Assembly (NCBI GenBank): GCA_029856155.1
Contig: JAHQWL010000092.1
Location: 21,489-85,488, forward strand
DNA: 64,000 nt
Direction of reading: 5' to 3'
From: Promethearchaeia archaeon
GTDB lineage: Archaea > Asgardarchaeota > Lokiarchaeia > Sigyniarchaeales > SOKP01
A program made the position numbers and the translations under genes. Of the stretch, positions 31,474-39,475 are shown in pieces. Below the pieces are notes generated by a model that saw only the letters and a list, made by a program, of their open reading frames with translations, had not been told where the DNA came from and made no database searches. The first letter of the stretch is position 1, and each line of letters opens with the position of its first letter.

Positions 31474-32121
31474 TTAACTGAATATTGTGTGATAAATTAT
31501 TTTTTCTATTTTCCGCAAATGTTCATATAATGCACTCCGAGAAATTTTAAAATGATTCGCGATTTTCTTTGAATTGATTCTACGAGGTATTTCAAAATAT
31601 CCATGCTGAATAGCGTAATACACAATTTCTTTCTGACGGTCTGTTAATTTTAAAAAAAGATTTTCATAGTTAACTTTTATGTTAGATATGCTTAGAATCT
31701 CCAATTTTCCTTCATAAAAGTGATTTAAGGAATTAACGAATTCATCAATATTTTTACTTTCTGTTATAATACTTACTAAAAGACGATCTTTATCTAGAAT
31801 AATAGGAGGATCGATAATCAGATCTAGTTTATCGAGGAATTCTTTCGTTTCCTTAACCCAGTTATGCTTAGAAAAGAAAATGTATTCTTTATTCCCCCTA
31901 TCCTCATTTATCACTTCTATATATGACATCCCATAATGTTCGCCTTCCAACATTTTCGGATGCATTTTAGGATCCTTGAATTTTACCTTCTGTGTTGCAA
32001 AGATTTGATCCTCGTCTTGACGGTGTATTTGGAGTAATTCATATTTTTCCAATAGGTCAAAGAATTCCTTAGACTTTGGATCTAAAGGTATTTTCAGAAC
32101 AATCTTTTTTAATTGCTTCAT
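31474..32121 (-). CDS. HTH-10 (Bat-like) transcriptional regulator, copy 3
   Basis: 'LTDRQKEIV..AIQHGYFEIPRR...ISRSALYEHLRKIE'; paralog of the other two. Confidence 0.88.
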   Translation of the reverse strand: MKQLKKIVLKIPLDPKSKEFFDLLEKYELLQIHRQDEDQIFATQKVKFKDPKMHPKMLEGEHYGMSYIEVINEDRGNKEYIFFSKHNWVKETKEFLDKLDLIIDPPIILDKDRLLVSIITESKNIDEFVNSLNHFYEGKLEILSISNIKVNYENLFLKLTDRQKEIVYYAIQHGYFEIPRRINSKKIANHFKISRSALYEHLRKIEKIIYHTIFS

Positions 32122-32152
32122 TTGTTAGTATAAATATTAACAGATTTAGATA

Positions 32153-32168
32153 ACTTGAATTTTCAAGC
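32153..32168. promoter_or_regulatory. Operator ACTTGAATTTTCAAGC (one mismatch)
   Basis: Lies in the divergent intergenic region between HTH-10 and the hydrolase; an extra CAAGC half-site at 32260-32264. Confidence 0.68.
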
Positions 32169-32318
32169 TTAAGATTATTATATAAATAAAAATTCTCTTT
32201 TAATTAGCTTTATGGTATATTACCATAAGTTAGATTAAAATGGATTTAAAAATTAATATCAAGCACTTTTCATAATTAAAAAAAAAATAACTAAATAAAA
32301 AAAAATAGGTGTATTATT

Positions 32319-34724
32319 ATAAACGCAAAAGAGTCTTCTGAATTAAGCGATCCTCTTTTCACCGAGCCATATATAGATATTGATGAGTGGCGGGACGATC
32401 CCGCACGCCATCGATACGTTCATGGTGGTTTTAAAGGCACCGATGCCAGATTTTCGTTCTATTTCCCACCGAAGGAGCAATATGAAGGCCGGTTCTTCCA
32501 ATATATTATGCCGATGTCTGGGGATGAGAATCAAGCACAGCACCCATCTTACCCAGATCCCCCCTACGCATTAAGCTTTATCTTCGAGAGTGGCGGCTAT
32601 TTAGTGGAATCTAACCTAGGGCGGCTGGATATGTTCCCAGGGGATGATCCCACCATCGCCGGATATCGGACCAGTGTGGCAGTAGCGAAATATTCGCGCG
32701 TTTTGGCTTCTGAAATGTATGGTCCCCACCGCTCCTATGGTTATGCTTGGGGCGGTAGCGGTGGAGGATATAAGACAATAAGTTGTATAGAAACCACAGT
32801 TGGTGTCTGGGACGGCGTGGTGCCATTTATTCACGCAACACCGATGGCTATGATCAATGTATTCTCGGTACAGGCTCATGCAATGCGCGTGTTAAAAGAT
32901 AAAATGCCAGCCATCATCGATGCAGTAGAACCTGGTGGTAGCGGAGATATGTATACTGATCTAAATGAAGAGGAACGAGAGGCGCTTACCGAAGTGACTA
33001 AGATGGGATTTCCGCCACGAGCTTGGTTCAATTACAGGAGAATAGCGTTCGGCTACACCGGAGTCTTAACTACACTCCTTGATCCAATGATTAAATGGGA
33101 TCCCACGTACTTTGAGGATTTTTGGAAGGAACCGGGCTACCTTGGTGCGAATCCGCCCCAATCGCTCTTAGACGCCCGGATTAAACACGATACAACCATA
33201 AGCAAGCTTATTATGCCCGAAGATATCAAGAAAATGGGAGGGGCATTGTCTATATCTGCCGGGCAAGCTGGTAACGTAGTCCCAGCAGGGTTTGTATTAG
33301 AAAGCGTGCCTGAAGGGGACATACAGGGAGCTTCAATATTCTTGAAAAGTGGTGAAGCAGAGGGTTGCGTAGTTTACGCTGTTGCAGCATTCGATAACAT
33401 GGTAATGCTAGCCTATGGCGAAGAAAACTACCAGTTTTTGGCAGCTGTCAAGGTGGGTGATGAAGTGCAGATCGACAACTCTAATTATCTCGCTACTCAA
33501 ACCTATCATCGCCATCAGGTTCCGTCACCTGATTATTATGTCTGGAACCAGTTCCGGGGCATTGATGGTAAACCGTTGTATCCGCAACGACCCGAGATAC
33601 TGGGGCCGCGTCATGCGTATCAAGGCGCTGGTTCGGTCCAGACGGGCAAGTTTGAGGGCAAGATGATCGTAGTAGAAATGTTAATGGACGAGGCTGCCTA
33701 TCCTTGGCAAGCCGACTGGTATCGCTCGAAGGTGAAAGTCGCATTGGGAGGAAAATTCGATGATAACTATCGGCTCTGGTTCATTGACAATGCAATGCAT
33801 ACACCACCGGTGATCACACCGTTAGACTCCCATCCAGCAATAACCACCCGAGTTATTAACTATAGTGGTGTATTACAACAGGCACTGCGCGATGTGAGTG
33901 CATGGGTTGAAAAAGGCGTAGCACCCCCTGCAAGTACTACATATAAAGTGGTAGATGGCCAAGTGGAAGTGCCACCGACTGCTACGGAGCGTAAGGGAGT
34001 TCAACCAGTGGTCACTGTTACAGTAAACGGAGGTGAGCGTGCAGATGTCAAGGTCGGGAAGAAACTTAAGTTTTCCGCGGTTATCGAAACACCACCGGAT
34101 GCCGGTTCGGTAGTTGGTGTGGAATGGGATTTCGAGGGCGCTGGTGACTATCCAATCACCGAGCATCTAAAAAACACCAAAAGCAATCATGTAGAGGTGA
34201 AAACCACTTATACTTTCTCCGAGAGTAGCACTTACTTTCCGGCGATTCGTGTAACCTCGCAAAGACAGGGCGACCCTCAAACTCGTCATGCACGAATCCA
34301 GAACATCGGTCGCGTGAGGGTCGTGGTAAGTGGTAAAGAAAAACAAAAACAAGAACCTGAAGGTAAAGAATTAATATTAGACTTAAAAGAGAAACCCGCC
34401 GATTTTCAAAAAATAGTAAACAAGTTCTTTGATGCAATCGGACAACATACTACTGTAGTTCAGGGAAGAGAGATTTCAACCAATGAGATTGGACCAAGAA
34501 CTGAACGTTCCACAAAATTCGAAGTTGTTCCTTCAGCTGGTGAAACTTTTTATACCATAAGTTTTGAAGATACAGAGTCTGGTATTGGCGTTTTTGTTGA
34601 AATAGATATTACAGTCTCGGGAGCCTATAAAATGATGGCAAAAATGATAAAAAAAATGACATCAAAATCGATTAAAGAAAATGCGATAGAAACTCTCAAT
34701 AAAATTTTAAAAGAAAATGAATGA
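32319..34724 (+). CDS. Tannase/feruloyl-esterase-like alpha/beta hydrolase with PKD-like domain and C-terminal SRPBCC/START-like extension; probable ATA/ATT start
   Basis: Frame is open from 32295 and encodes 'DPLFTEPYIDIDEWR...HRYVHGGFKGTDARFSFYFPP' upstream of the first ATG (32508); nucleophile elbow 'GGSGGG'; 'EWDFEGAG' PKD-like motif. Confidence 0.65.
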   Translation: MNAKESSELSDPLFTEPYIDIDEWRDDPARHRYVHGGFKGTDARFSFYFPPKEQYEGRFFQYIMPMSGDENQAQHPSYPDPPYALSFIFESGGYLVESNLGRLDMFPGDDPTIAGYRTSVAVAKYSRVLASEMYGPHRSYGYAWGGSGGGYKTISCIETTVGVWDGVVPFIHATPMAMINVFSVQAHAMRVLKDKMPAIIDAVEPGGSGDMYTDLNEEEREALTEVTKMGFPPRAWFNYRRIAFGYTGVLTTLLDPMIKWDPTYFEDFWKEPGYLGANPPQSLLDARIKHDTTISKLIMPEDIKKMGGALSISAGQAGNVVPAGFVLESVPEGDIQGASIFLKSGEAEGCVVYAVAAFDNMVMLAYGEENYQFLAAVKVGDEVQIDNSNYLATQTYHRHQVPSPDYYVWNQFRGIDGKPLYPQRPEILGPRHAYQGAGSVQTGKFEGKMIVVEMLMDEAAYPWQADWYRSKVKVALGGKFDDNYRLWFIDNAMHTPPVITPLDSHPAITTRVINYSGVLQQALRDVSAWVEKGVAPPASTTYKVVDGQVEVPPTATERKGVQPVVTVTVNGGERADVKVGKKLKFSAVIETPPDAGSVVGVEWDFEGAGDYPITEHLKNTKSNHVEVKTTYTFSESSTYFPAIRVTSQRQGDPQTRHARIQNIGRVRVVVSGKEKQKQEPEGKELILDLKEKPADFQKIVNKFFDAIGQHTTVVQGREISTNEIGPRTERSTKFEVVPSAGETFYTISFEDTESGIGVFVEIDITVSGAYKMMAKMIKKMTSKSIKENAIETLNKILKENE

Positions 34725-34917
34725 TCTCTTGGATTTAGCATTTCCTGATCATTCCCTTTTTTTTTTCTTCTTGTGGACTAATAATTATCAATTTCCTCCA
34801 AAAAGTCGAATATAAAGGGTGGGTTATCGTTCCCTTCATAGAATTAATAATCTTAATAATTAACCCCAAATTAATTGTGATGAACAATTAAAGATTGTTA
34901 TTTAAAGGTCTCTTTGT

Positions 34918-36252
34918 ATGAGAAAAAAAGTTATTATCATTGGCGCTCTAGGGATGGACTTTCACGTCTTTAACACAGTCTTTAGAGACAATGAAGAATA
35001 TGATGTTATAGCATTTACTATTGCAGGAGAACAAAACGTTGGTACCACGGACGAAACGGAAAGGAAATTTCCTGCTGTATTGGCTGGTAAATTATATCCT
35101 AATGGAATTCCGATGGTCTCAGAAGATTTACTTGAAGATTATATAAGAAAATATGAAGTAGATGAAGTAGTATTTGCCTATTCTGACGTATCTCATGAAG
35201 AAGTAATGCATAAAGCCTCAAGAGCTCTTGCTGCAGGTGCTAATTACCGATTAATTTCTGGAAGATTCACCCAACTCAAAGCTAATAAACCTATGGTTGC
35301 TATATGTGCTGTAAGAACTGGATGTGGAAAAAGTCAAGTTTCTCGAGCTACATATCGATATTTACAGAGTAAGGGATATAAAGTTGTAGCAATTCGTGAA
35401 CCAATGCCTTATGGTGATCTGGTGCAACAAAATGTCATGAGATTTGAAAAATATGAAGATCTAGATAAATATGATTGCACTATTGAAGAACGTGAAGAAT
35501 ATGAACCTTATATTAGGCAGGGATTAGTAATTTATTCAGGAGTTGACTACGAGAAGATAATTAGAGAAGCTGAAAAAGAAGCAGATGTAATTATTTTTGA
35601 TGGGGGAAATAATGAAATTTCTTTCTATATTACTGATTTGCTTTTTATTGTTGTTGATCCATTAAGGCCCGGACATGAAAATAAATATCATCCCGGTGAA
35701 GTTAATGCAAAATACGCTGATGTCTTCGTAATAAACAAGATGAACAGTGCTAAACCAGAAGATGTTAAAATCGTGGAAAAAAATCTTAATGAGTTAAATC
35801 CAAAAGCAGTAAAAGTTTATACAAATTCAGTAGTTAAAGCAGAAGATCCATTAAAACTGAAGGGAAAGAAGGTTGTAGTCGTAGAAGATGGTCCTACCTT
35901 AACTCATGGAGGTATGGCAATTGGTGCAGCATATGTCGCTGCTAAAAACGCAGAAGCGAAAATAGTAGATCCTAGAAAATTCTTAGTGGGGTCTATGAAA
36001 GAAGTATACGAGGATTTTCCTCAAATCACGCAAATAGTGCCTGCCATGGGATACACAGACCAACAAATAGAAGATTTAGAAAAAACTCTTAACAATGTAA
36101 AAGCAGATATTATTTTAAATGGAAGTCCCATAGATCTAACGAAATTAATTAAAACTAACAAACCAATTGTAAAAGTTTCATATGATATCGAGTCAATTGG
36201 AAGTCCAACAATAGAAGAAGTGCTTGATAGTTTTATTAAGAAAAATCTCTAA
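34918..36252 (+). CDS. arcE: Arginine synthetase (ArcE)-like P-loop enzyme, cyclic 2,3-diphosphoglycerate synthetase family
   Basis: 'GMDFHVFN', 'AVRTGCGKSQ', 'PMPYGDL', 'TIEEREEYEP', 'DGGNN', 'VEDGPTLTHGGM'; OTC and carbamate kinase genes nearby. Confidence 0.78.
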   Translation: MRKKVIIIGALGMDFHVFNTVFRDNEEYDVIAFTIAGEQNVGTTDETERKFPAVLAGKLYPNGIPMVSEDLLEDYIRKYEVDEVVFAYSDVSHEEVMHKASRALAAGANYRLISGRFTQLKANKPMVAICAVRTGCGKSQVSRATYRYLQSKGYKVVAIREPMPYGDLVQQNVMRFEKYEDLDKYDCTIEEREEYEPYIRQGLVIYSGVDYEKIIREAEKEADVIIFDGGNNEISFYITDLLFIVVDPLRPGHENKYHPGEVNAKYADVFVINKMNSAKPEDVKIVEKNLNELNPKAVKVYTNSVVKAEDPLKLKGKKVVVVEDGPTLTHGGMAIGAAYVAAKNAEAKIVDPRKFLVGSMKEVYEDFPQITQIVPAMGYTDQQIEDLEKTLNNVKADIILNGSPIDLTKLIKTNKPIVKVSYDIESIGSPTIEEVLDSFIKKNL

Positions 36253-36287
36253 ATTTCTTTTTATCTTTCTAATTTTTATATTCTATC

Positions 36288-37040
36288 ATGGCCAAAAAAA
36301 GAAAAAAGCATGTAAAACGTGGTCATCAAATAGCCATACTTATTGGTTTCCATGATAATGATGCTGTTTTTTGGAAAATATATAGTGAAAATATTAAGTT
36401 TCACAGCAGGATAAAACGTGGAAGGAAGAGAAAAAGTCAAAATAAAAAGCACTTGTATCATTTTCATGAGGAAATCATTAACACATTAAGACCTATAATT
36501 AAAGAAGGTATCAGAAGTGTAATACTACTCTCCCCACCGAAAGATGAATATTCAAATGAGTTTCTTAATCACGTTAATAAACATCATTCATGGCTATTAA
36601 AAAAAGGAGATAGACAGGTTGTTTTTTCTAAAATCATAGCTAATCAAGCGAAGACTCAAAAGGATGTCTATTACCTAAAAACTCAAGAATATTTTAGAGA
36701 TATCGTTGATGAAACTTCAAATCAAGAAGGATTGTTAATTTTAGAAGAATTGAAAGAAATTATTAACAAAAATGAAAAATTCTCTAAAATCCTTTATACT
36801 TGGAGAGAAATCGAAAATGAACTGAGATTGATTAAAAAAAATCCTAATTTACCTAAACCAAATTATATTATTCTAACTGAAGAATATCAAAAGAATCCAA
36901 AAAATAGAAATAAAATGCAACGGATACTACAAATCGCAAGAAATCTTGAGATTAAAACTAAAATTGTTAAGCTAGAATCCGAGGCAGGTACTATCGTCGA
37001 CCAATTTGGAGGATTAATCTGTTATATTAGAAAAAAGTGA
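36288..37040 (+). CDS. Pelota/eRF1 domain 2-3-like protein lacking the N-terminal domain
   Basis: 'FHEEII...VILLSP..YSNEF' (domain 2-like) and C-term 'ESEAGTIVDQFGGLICY' (domain 3-like). Confidence 0.55.
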   Translation: MAKKRKKHVKRGHQIAILIGFHDNDAVFWKIYSENIKFHSRIKRGRKRKSQNKKHLYHFHEEIINTLRPIIKEGIRSVILLSPPKDEYSNEFLNHVNKHHSWLLKKGDRQVVFSKIIANQAKTQKDVYYLKTQEYFRDIVDETSNQEGLLILEELKEIINKNEKFSKILYTWREIENELRLIKKNPNLPKPNYIILTEEYQKNPKNRNKMQRILQIARNLEIKTKIVKLESEAGTIVDQFGGLICYIRKK

Positions 37041-37094
37041 TGAATTTATTTTTTTTATCCTACAATTAAGAAGTTTCATCATTTATTTTTATTT

Positions 37095-37595
37095 TTAGCC
37101 CTTTTTCATATAATGGATATAAATCCCGAGCCCTATGAAAAAAACTCCTAAATCCATTGATAAGGCTCCAATCCAAGTACGATATACTCCAAGTCCTATT
37201 TTTACTGCATCATCAAAAAGAAGTGGTACTCCAGTCGCATTAGGATTTATTACACTCATTGGCCATCCAATCAGATCTAAAACCCAATGGCTAAAAACTA
37301 CTATTCCTATAATCAATGTGGTATTTAAGTCAATCATACTCCAACTTATTGATTTGTTTGTTTTATCTTGTTCCTTCTTTGAATTTATATATGCTGTAAT
37401 GAATGCTGTTATTATCATAGCTATAATTGTCCAAACAACCGACATAAAGAGACCATGCGAAATCCATATTGCAGATAAGAAAACAAAGGATAATATATCA
37501 ATAAACATGGAACTTATTAATAGAATCCAAAGAGGTATTCGAGGAGCAAATCGCTTGGTAGCAAATCCTATTCCAAGATGAGCTAAAGCAGGCAT
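37095..37595 (-). CDS. Membrane-bound metal-dependent hydrolase-like protein (YdjM-like)
   Basis: 'AHLGIG', 'ID', 'SHGL', 'SHWVLD' motifs among TM helices. Confidence 0.65.
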   Translation of the reverse strand: MPALAHLGIGFATKRFAPRIPLWILLISSMFIDILSFVFLSAIWISHGLFMSVVWTIIAMIITAFITAYINSKKEQDKTNKSISWSMIDLNTTLIIGIVVFSHWVLDLIGWPMSVINPNATGVPLLFDDAVKIGLGVYRTWIGALSMDLGVFFIGLGIYIHYMKKG

Positions 37596-37746
37596 AATAA
37601 TTGAATAAAGAAATTTTAATATTAAAATTATTTAGTCCGATTTTTAATAAAAAAGTTGTAATCTCAATATATTCCCAATTTTATAACATTAAGAAATTTT
37701 GGTACTTAAATCCATTTTCACAAACCAAAGATTTATATATAAAAAC

Positions 37747-37795
37747 TTACTCATAGTAATTATATTACCATTAGTAAGTATTCTACTATGGGTAA
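37747..37795. promoter_or_regulatory. Three tandem 13-bp palindromic operators (TTACY-N3-RGTAA) at 18-bp period
   Basis: TTACTCATAGTAA 37747-59, TTACCATTAGTAA 37765-77, CTACTATGGGTAA 37783-95, just downstream of the TATA-like TTTATATA. Confidence 0.75.
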
Positions 37796-37824
37796 GTGAT
37801 TAAAAAACTAAGAAAAGAAAGGTT

Positions 37825-38772
37825 ATGAGTATGGTTTTCGAAATTTATTATTTTTCAGGTACTGGCAATTCACTTTACGTTGCCGAAGAATTGCGACAAC
37901 ACATTCTGGATTTAAAACTCATTCCAATTGCAGCGTTATTAAATAAAAAATCATATGAGAAAAAAATAGATATTAAAACTAATGCAAAATCTATTGGTTT
38001 TGTTTTTCCTTGTCATGGAGTAACAATTCCGGTTCCAGTGAAAAGATTCTTAAAATCCCTCGATCTGAAATCTTCTGAGTATCTTTTTGCAATTGTGACC
38101 CGTGGGGGATCTGTTTTTCGCGGTTTTGCCGCTATTGACAAAATCCTACGTAAAAAGGGAAAGCAATTAGACGCAAGCTTTGTCATCAATATGGGTATGA
38201 ATGATCCAAAATTAAAATCCTTTAACATCCCTACCAATGAGGAGTTAAAAGCGATTGAAATGAAAGTGCAGGAAAAACTCGAAATAATTCAAAAGATTAT
38301 AACTAATCATGAAATATTTCACGACATAACTAGCGGGATTTCATTTTCACGTTTTAAATCATTTAATTATATTTTAGAAAGACTTGTGCCATTTACATTG
38401 CACCATATAGCCACAAAAGTTAAAAAGTATTTTTATGTAAATACTAATTGCATAGGATGTGGAATTTGTGAGAAAGTGTGCCTTTCGCAGAAGATTACTA
38501 TAGTTAACGACAGACCTATTTGGCAGAGAAATATTGAGTGTTATTACTGTTATGCATGCCTGAATTTTTGTCCTACACAAGCAATTCAAATTTACTCAAA
38601 GTTTTACATGAAATCCTTCACTGAAGAGAAAGGAAGATATCCGCATCCATATGCTCAAGTAAAAGATATGGTTAATCAAAAGTCAAATCTCTCTCCAGCT
38701 TTGGATAACCAAAGTAGACACCTTACTATTGGTAACAAAAAAAAACTTGTAATAACGCAACCAGAAAGATAA
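37825..38772 (+). CDS. EFR1-family flavodoxin-ferredoxin fusion
   Basis: 'YFSGTGNS', 'GFVFP', 'CIGCGICEKVC', 'CYYCYACLNFCP'. Confidence 0.88.
   Translation: MSMVFEIYYFSGTGNSLYVAEELRQHILDLKLIPIAALLNKKSYEKKIDIKTNAKSIGFVFPCHGVTIPVPVKRFLKSLDLKSSEYLFAIVTRGGSVFRGFAAIDKILRKKGKQLDASFVINMGMNDPKLKSFNIPTNEELKAIEMKVQEKLEIIQKIITNHEIFHDITSGISFSRFKSFNYILERLVPFTLHHIATKVKKYFYVNTNCIGCGICEKVCLSQKITIVNDRPIWQRNIECYYCYACLNFCPTQAIQIYSKFYMKSFTEEKGRYPHPYAQVKDMVNQKSNLSPALDNQSRHLTIGNKKKLVITQPER
38723..38735. promoter_or_regulatory. Fourth TTACY-N3-RGTAA operator (TTACTATTGGTAA) upstream of tetR
   Basis: Matches the 37747-37795 motif; about 57 bp before the inferred TetR start. Confidence 0.6.
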
Positions 38773-38791
38773 AAATAAGTGGTGAACTAAA

Positions 38792-39469
38792 ATTTCAAAA
38801 TTATCTAGAAGAGAGCGCGAAACTTTACAACGTCGCAATGAAATTTTGAAAGCTGCTGAAAATAGATTTTTCGAAAAAAGTTATGATGAAGTTTCCATGG
38901 ATGATATTGCTAGTGATTTAGAGCTTTCTAAGACGGCACTTTATTATCATTTTAAAAATAAAGCTTCATTATATTTTGCTGTAGTAATTAAAGGCGAGGT
39001 TATCCTTAGAGATAAATTTAAAAATGCTGTACAAAAAGAGGCAACCGGATTGGGAAAAATAATAAGCATAATTCATAATTTCTCTGAATATATACAAAAA
39101 TATTCAGATTATTATCGCCTTAATCTTTCAGTCAGAGTACCACGATTTATGAATATGCTTCAAAAATGTGAAGACGGAATCCCAGAAATTGAAAATGCAG
39201 AAGAATATGCTGGATTAAAAAAAGAATTACTTGATATAATAACTGAAACTATCAAGTTAGGAATCCAGGATGGTACAATGAGAAAAGACTTAGATCCAAT
39301 ACAGACTGTAATGTTTTTAGGGTCTGCCATTGAGGATATGGTATACTTATCTCCTGTAAATCAATTACTCTTAGAGATGAGTGGTGCCACTGCAGAGGGA
39401 TATCTTAAACACTCAATTGACTTGTTATTGCAAGGGATAGCTAATAAAAAAAATAAAGAAAAATGGTGA
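38792..39469 (+). CDS. TetR/AcrR family regulator; probable ATT start at 38792
   Basis: '(M)SKLSRRERETLQRRNEILKAAE...SMDDIASDLELSKTALYYHFKNK'; GGTGA RBS at 38781-85. Confidence 0.85.
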   Translation: MSKLSRRERETLQRRNEILKAAENRFFEKSYDEVSMDDIASDLELSKTALYYHFKNKASLYFAVVIKGEVILRDKFKNAVQKEATGLGKIISIIHNFSEYIQKYSDYYRLNLSVRVPRFMNMLQKCEDGIPEIENAEEYAGLKKELLDIITETIKLGIQDGTMRKDLDPIQTVMFLGSAIEDMVYLSPVNQLLLEMSGATAEGYLKHSIDLLLQGIANKKNKEKW

Positions 39470-39475
39470 TAAAAA

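Noticed and set aside
32343-34437. Many short overlapping or antisense ORFs in the GC-rich gene
   Set aside because: These are an expected by-product of higher GC (fewer stop codons) and carry no recognisable motifs.
34918-36252. Annotation as a plain GTPase or cyclic 2,3-diphosphoglycerate synthetase
   Set aside because: No 2-phosphoglycerate kinase is nearby; the N-terminal 'DFH.FN' domain and the OTC/carbamate kinase context favour arginine synthetase, though this is untested.
37135-37581. 148-aa plus-strand ORF
   Set aside because: Antisense shadow of the membrane hydrolase gene 37095..37595; the same applies to the other short antisense ORFs in the track.
37747-37795. 18-bp periodic repeats as a mini-CRISPR
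   Set aside because: The units are 13-bp palindromes with 5-bp gaps, with no spacers and no cas genes; they fit operator sites.
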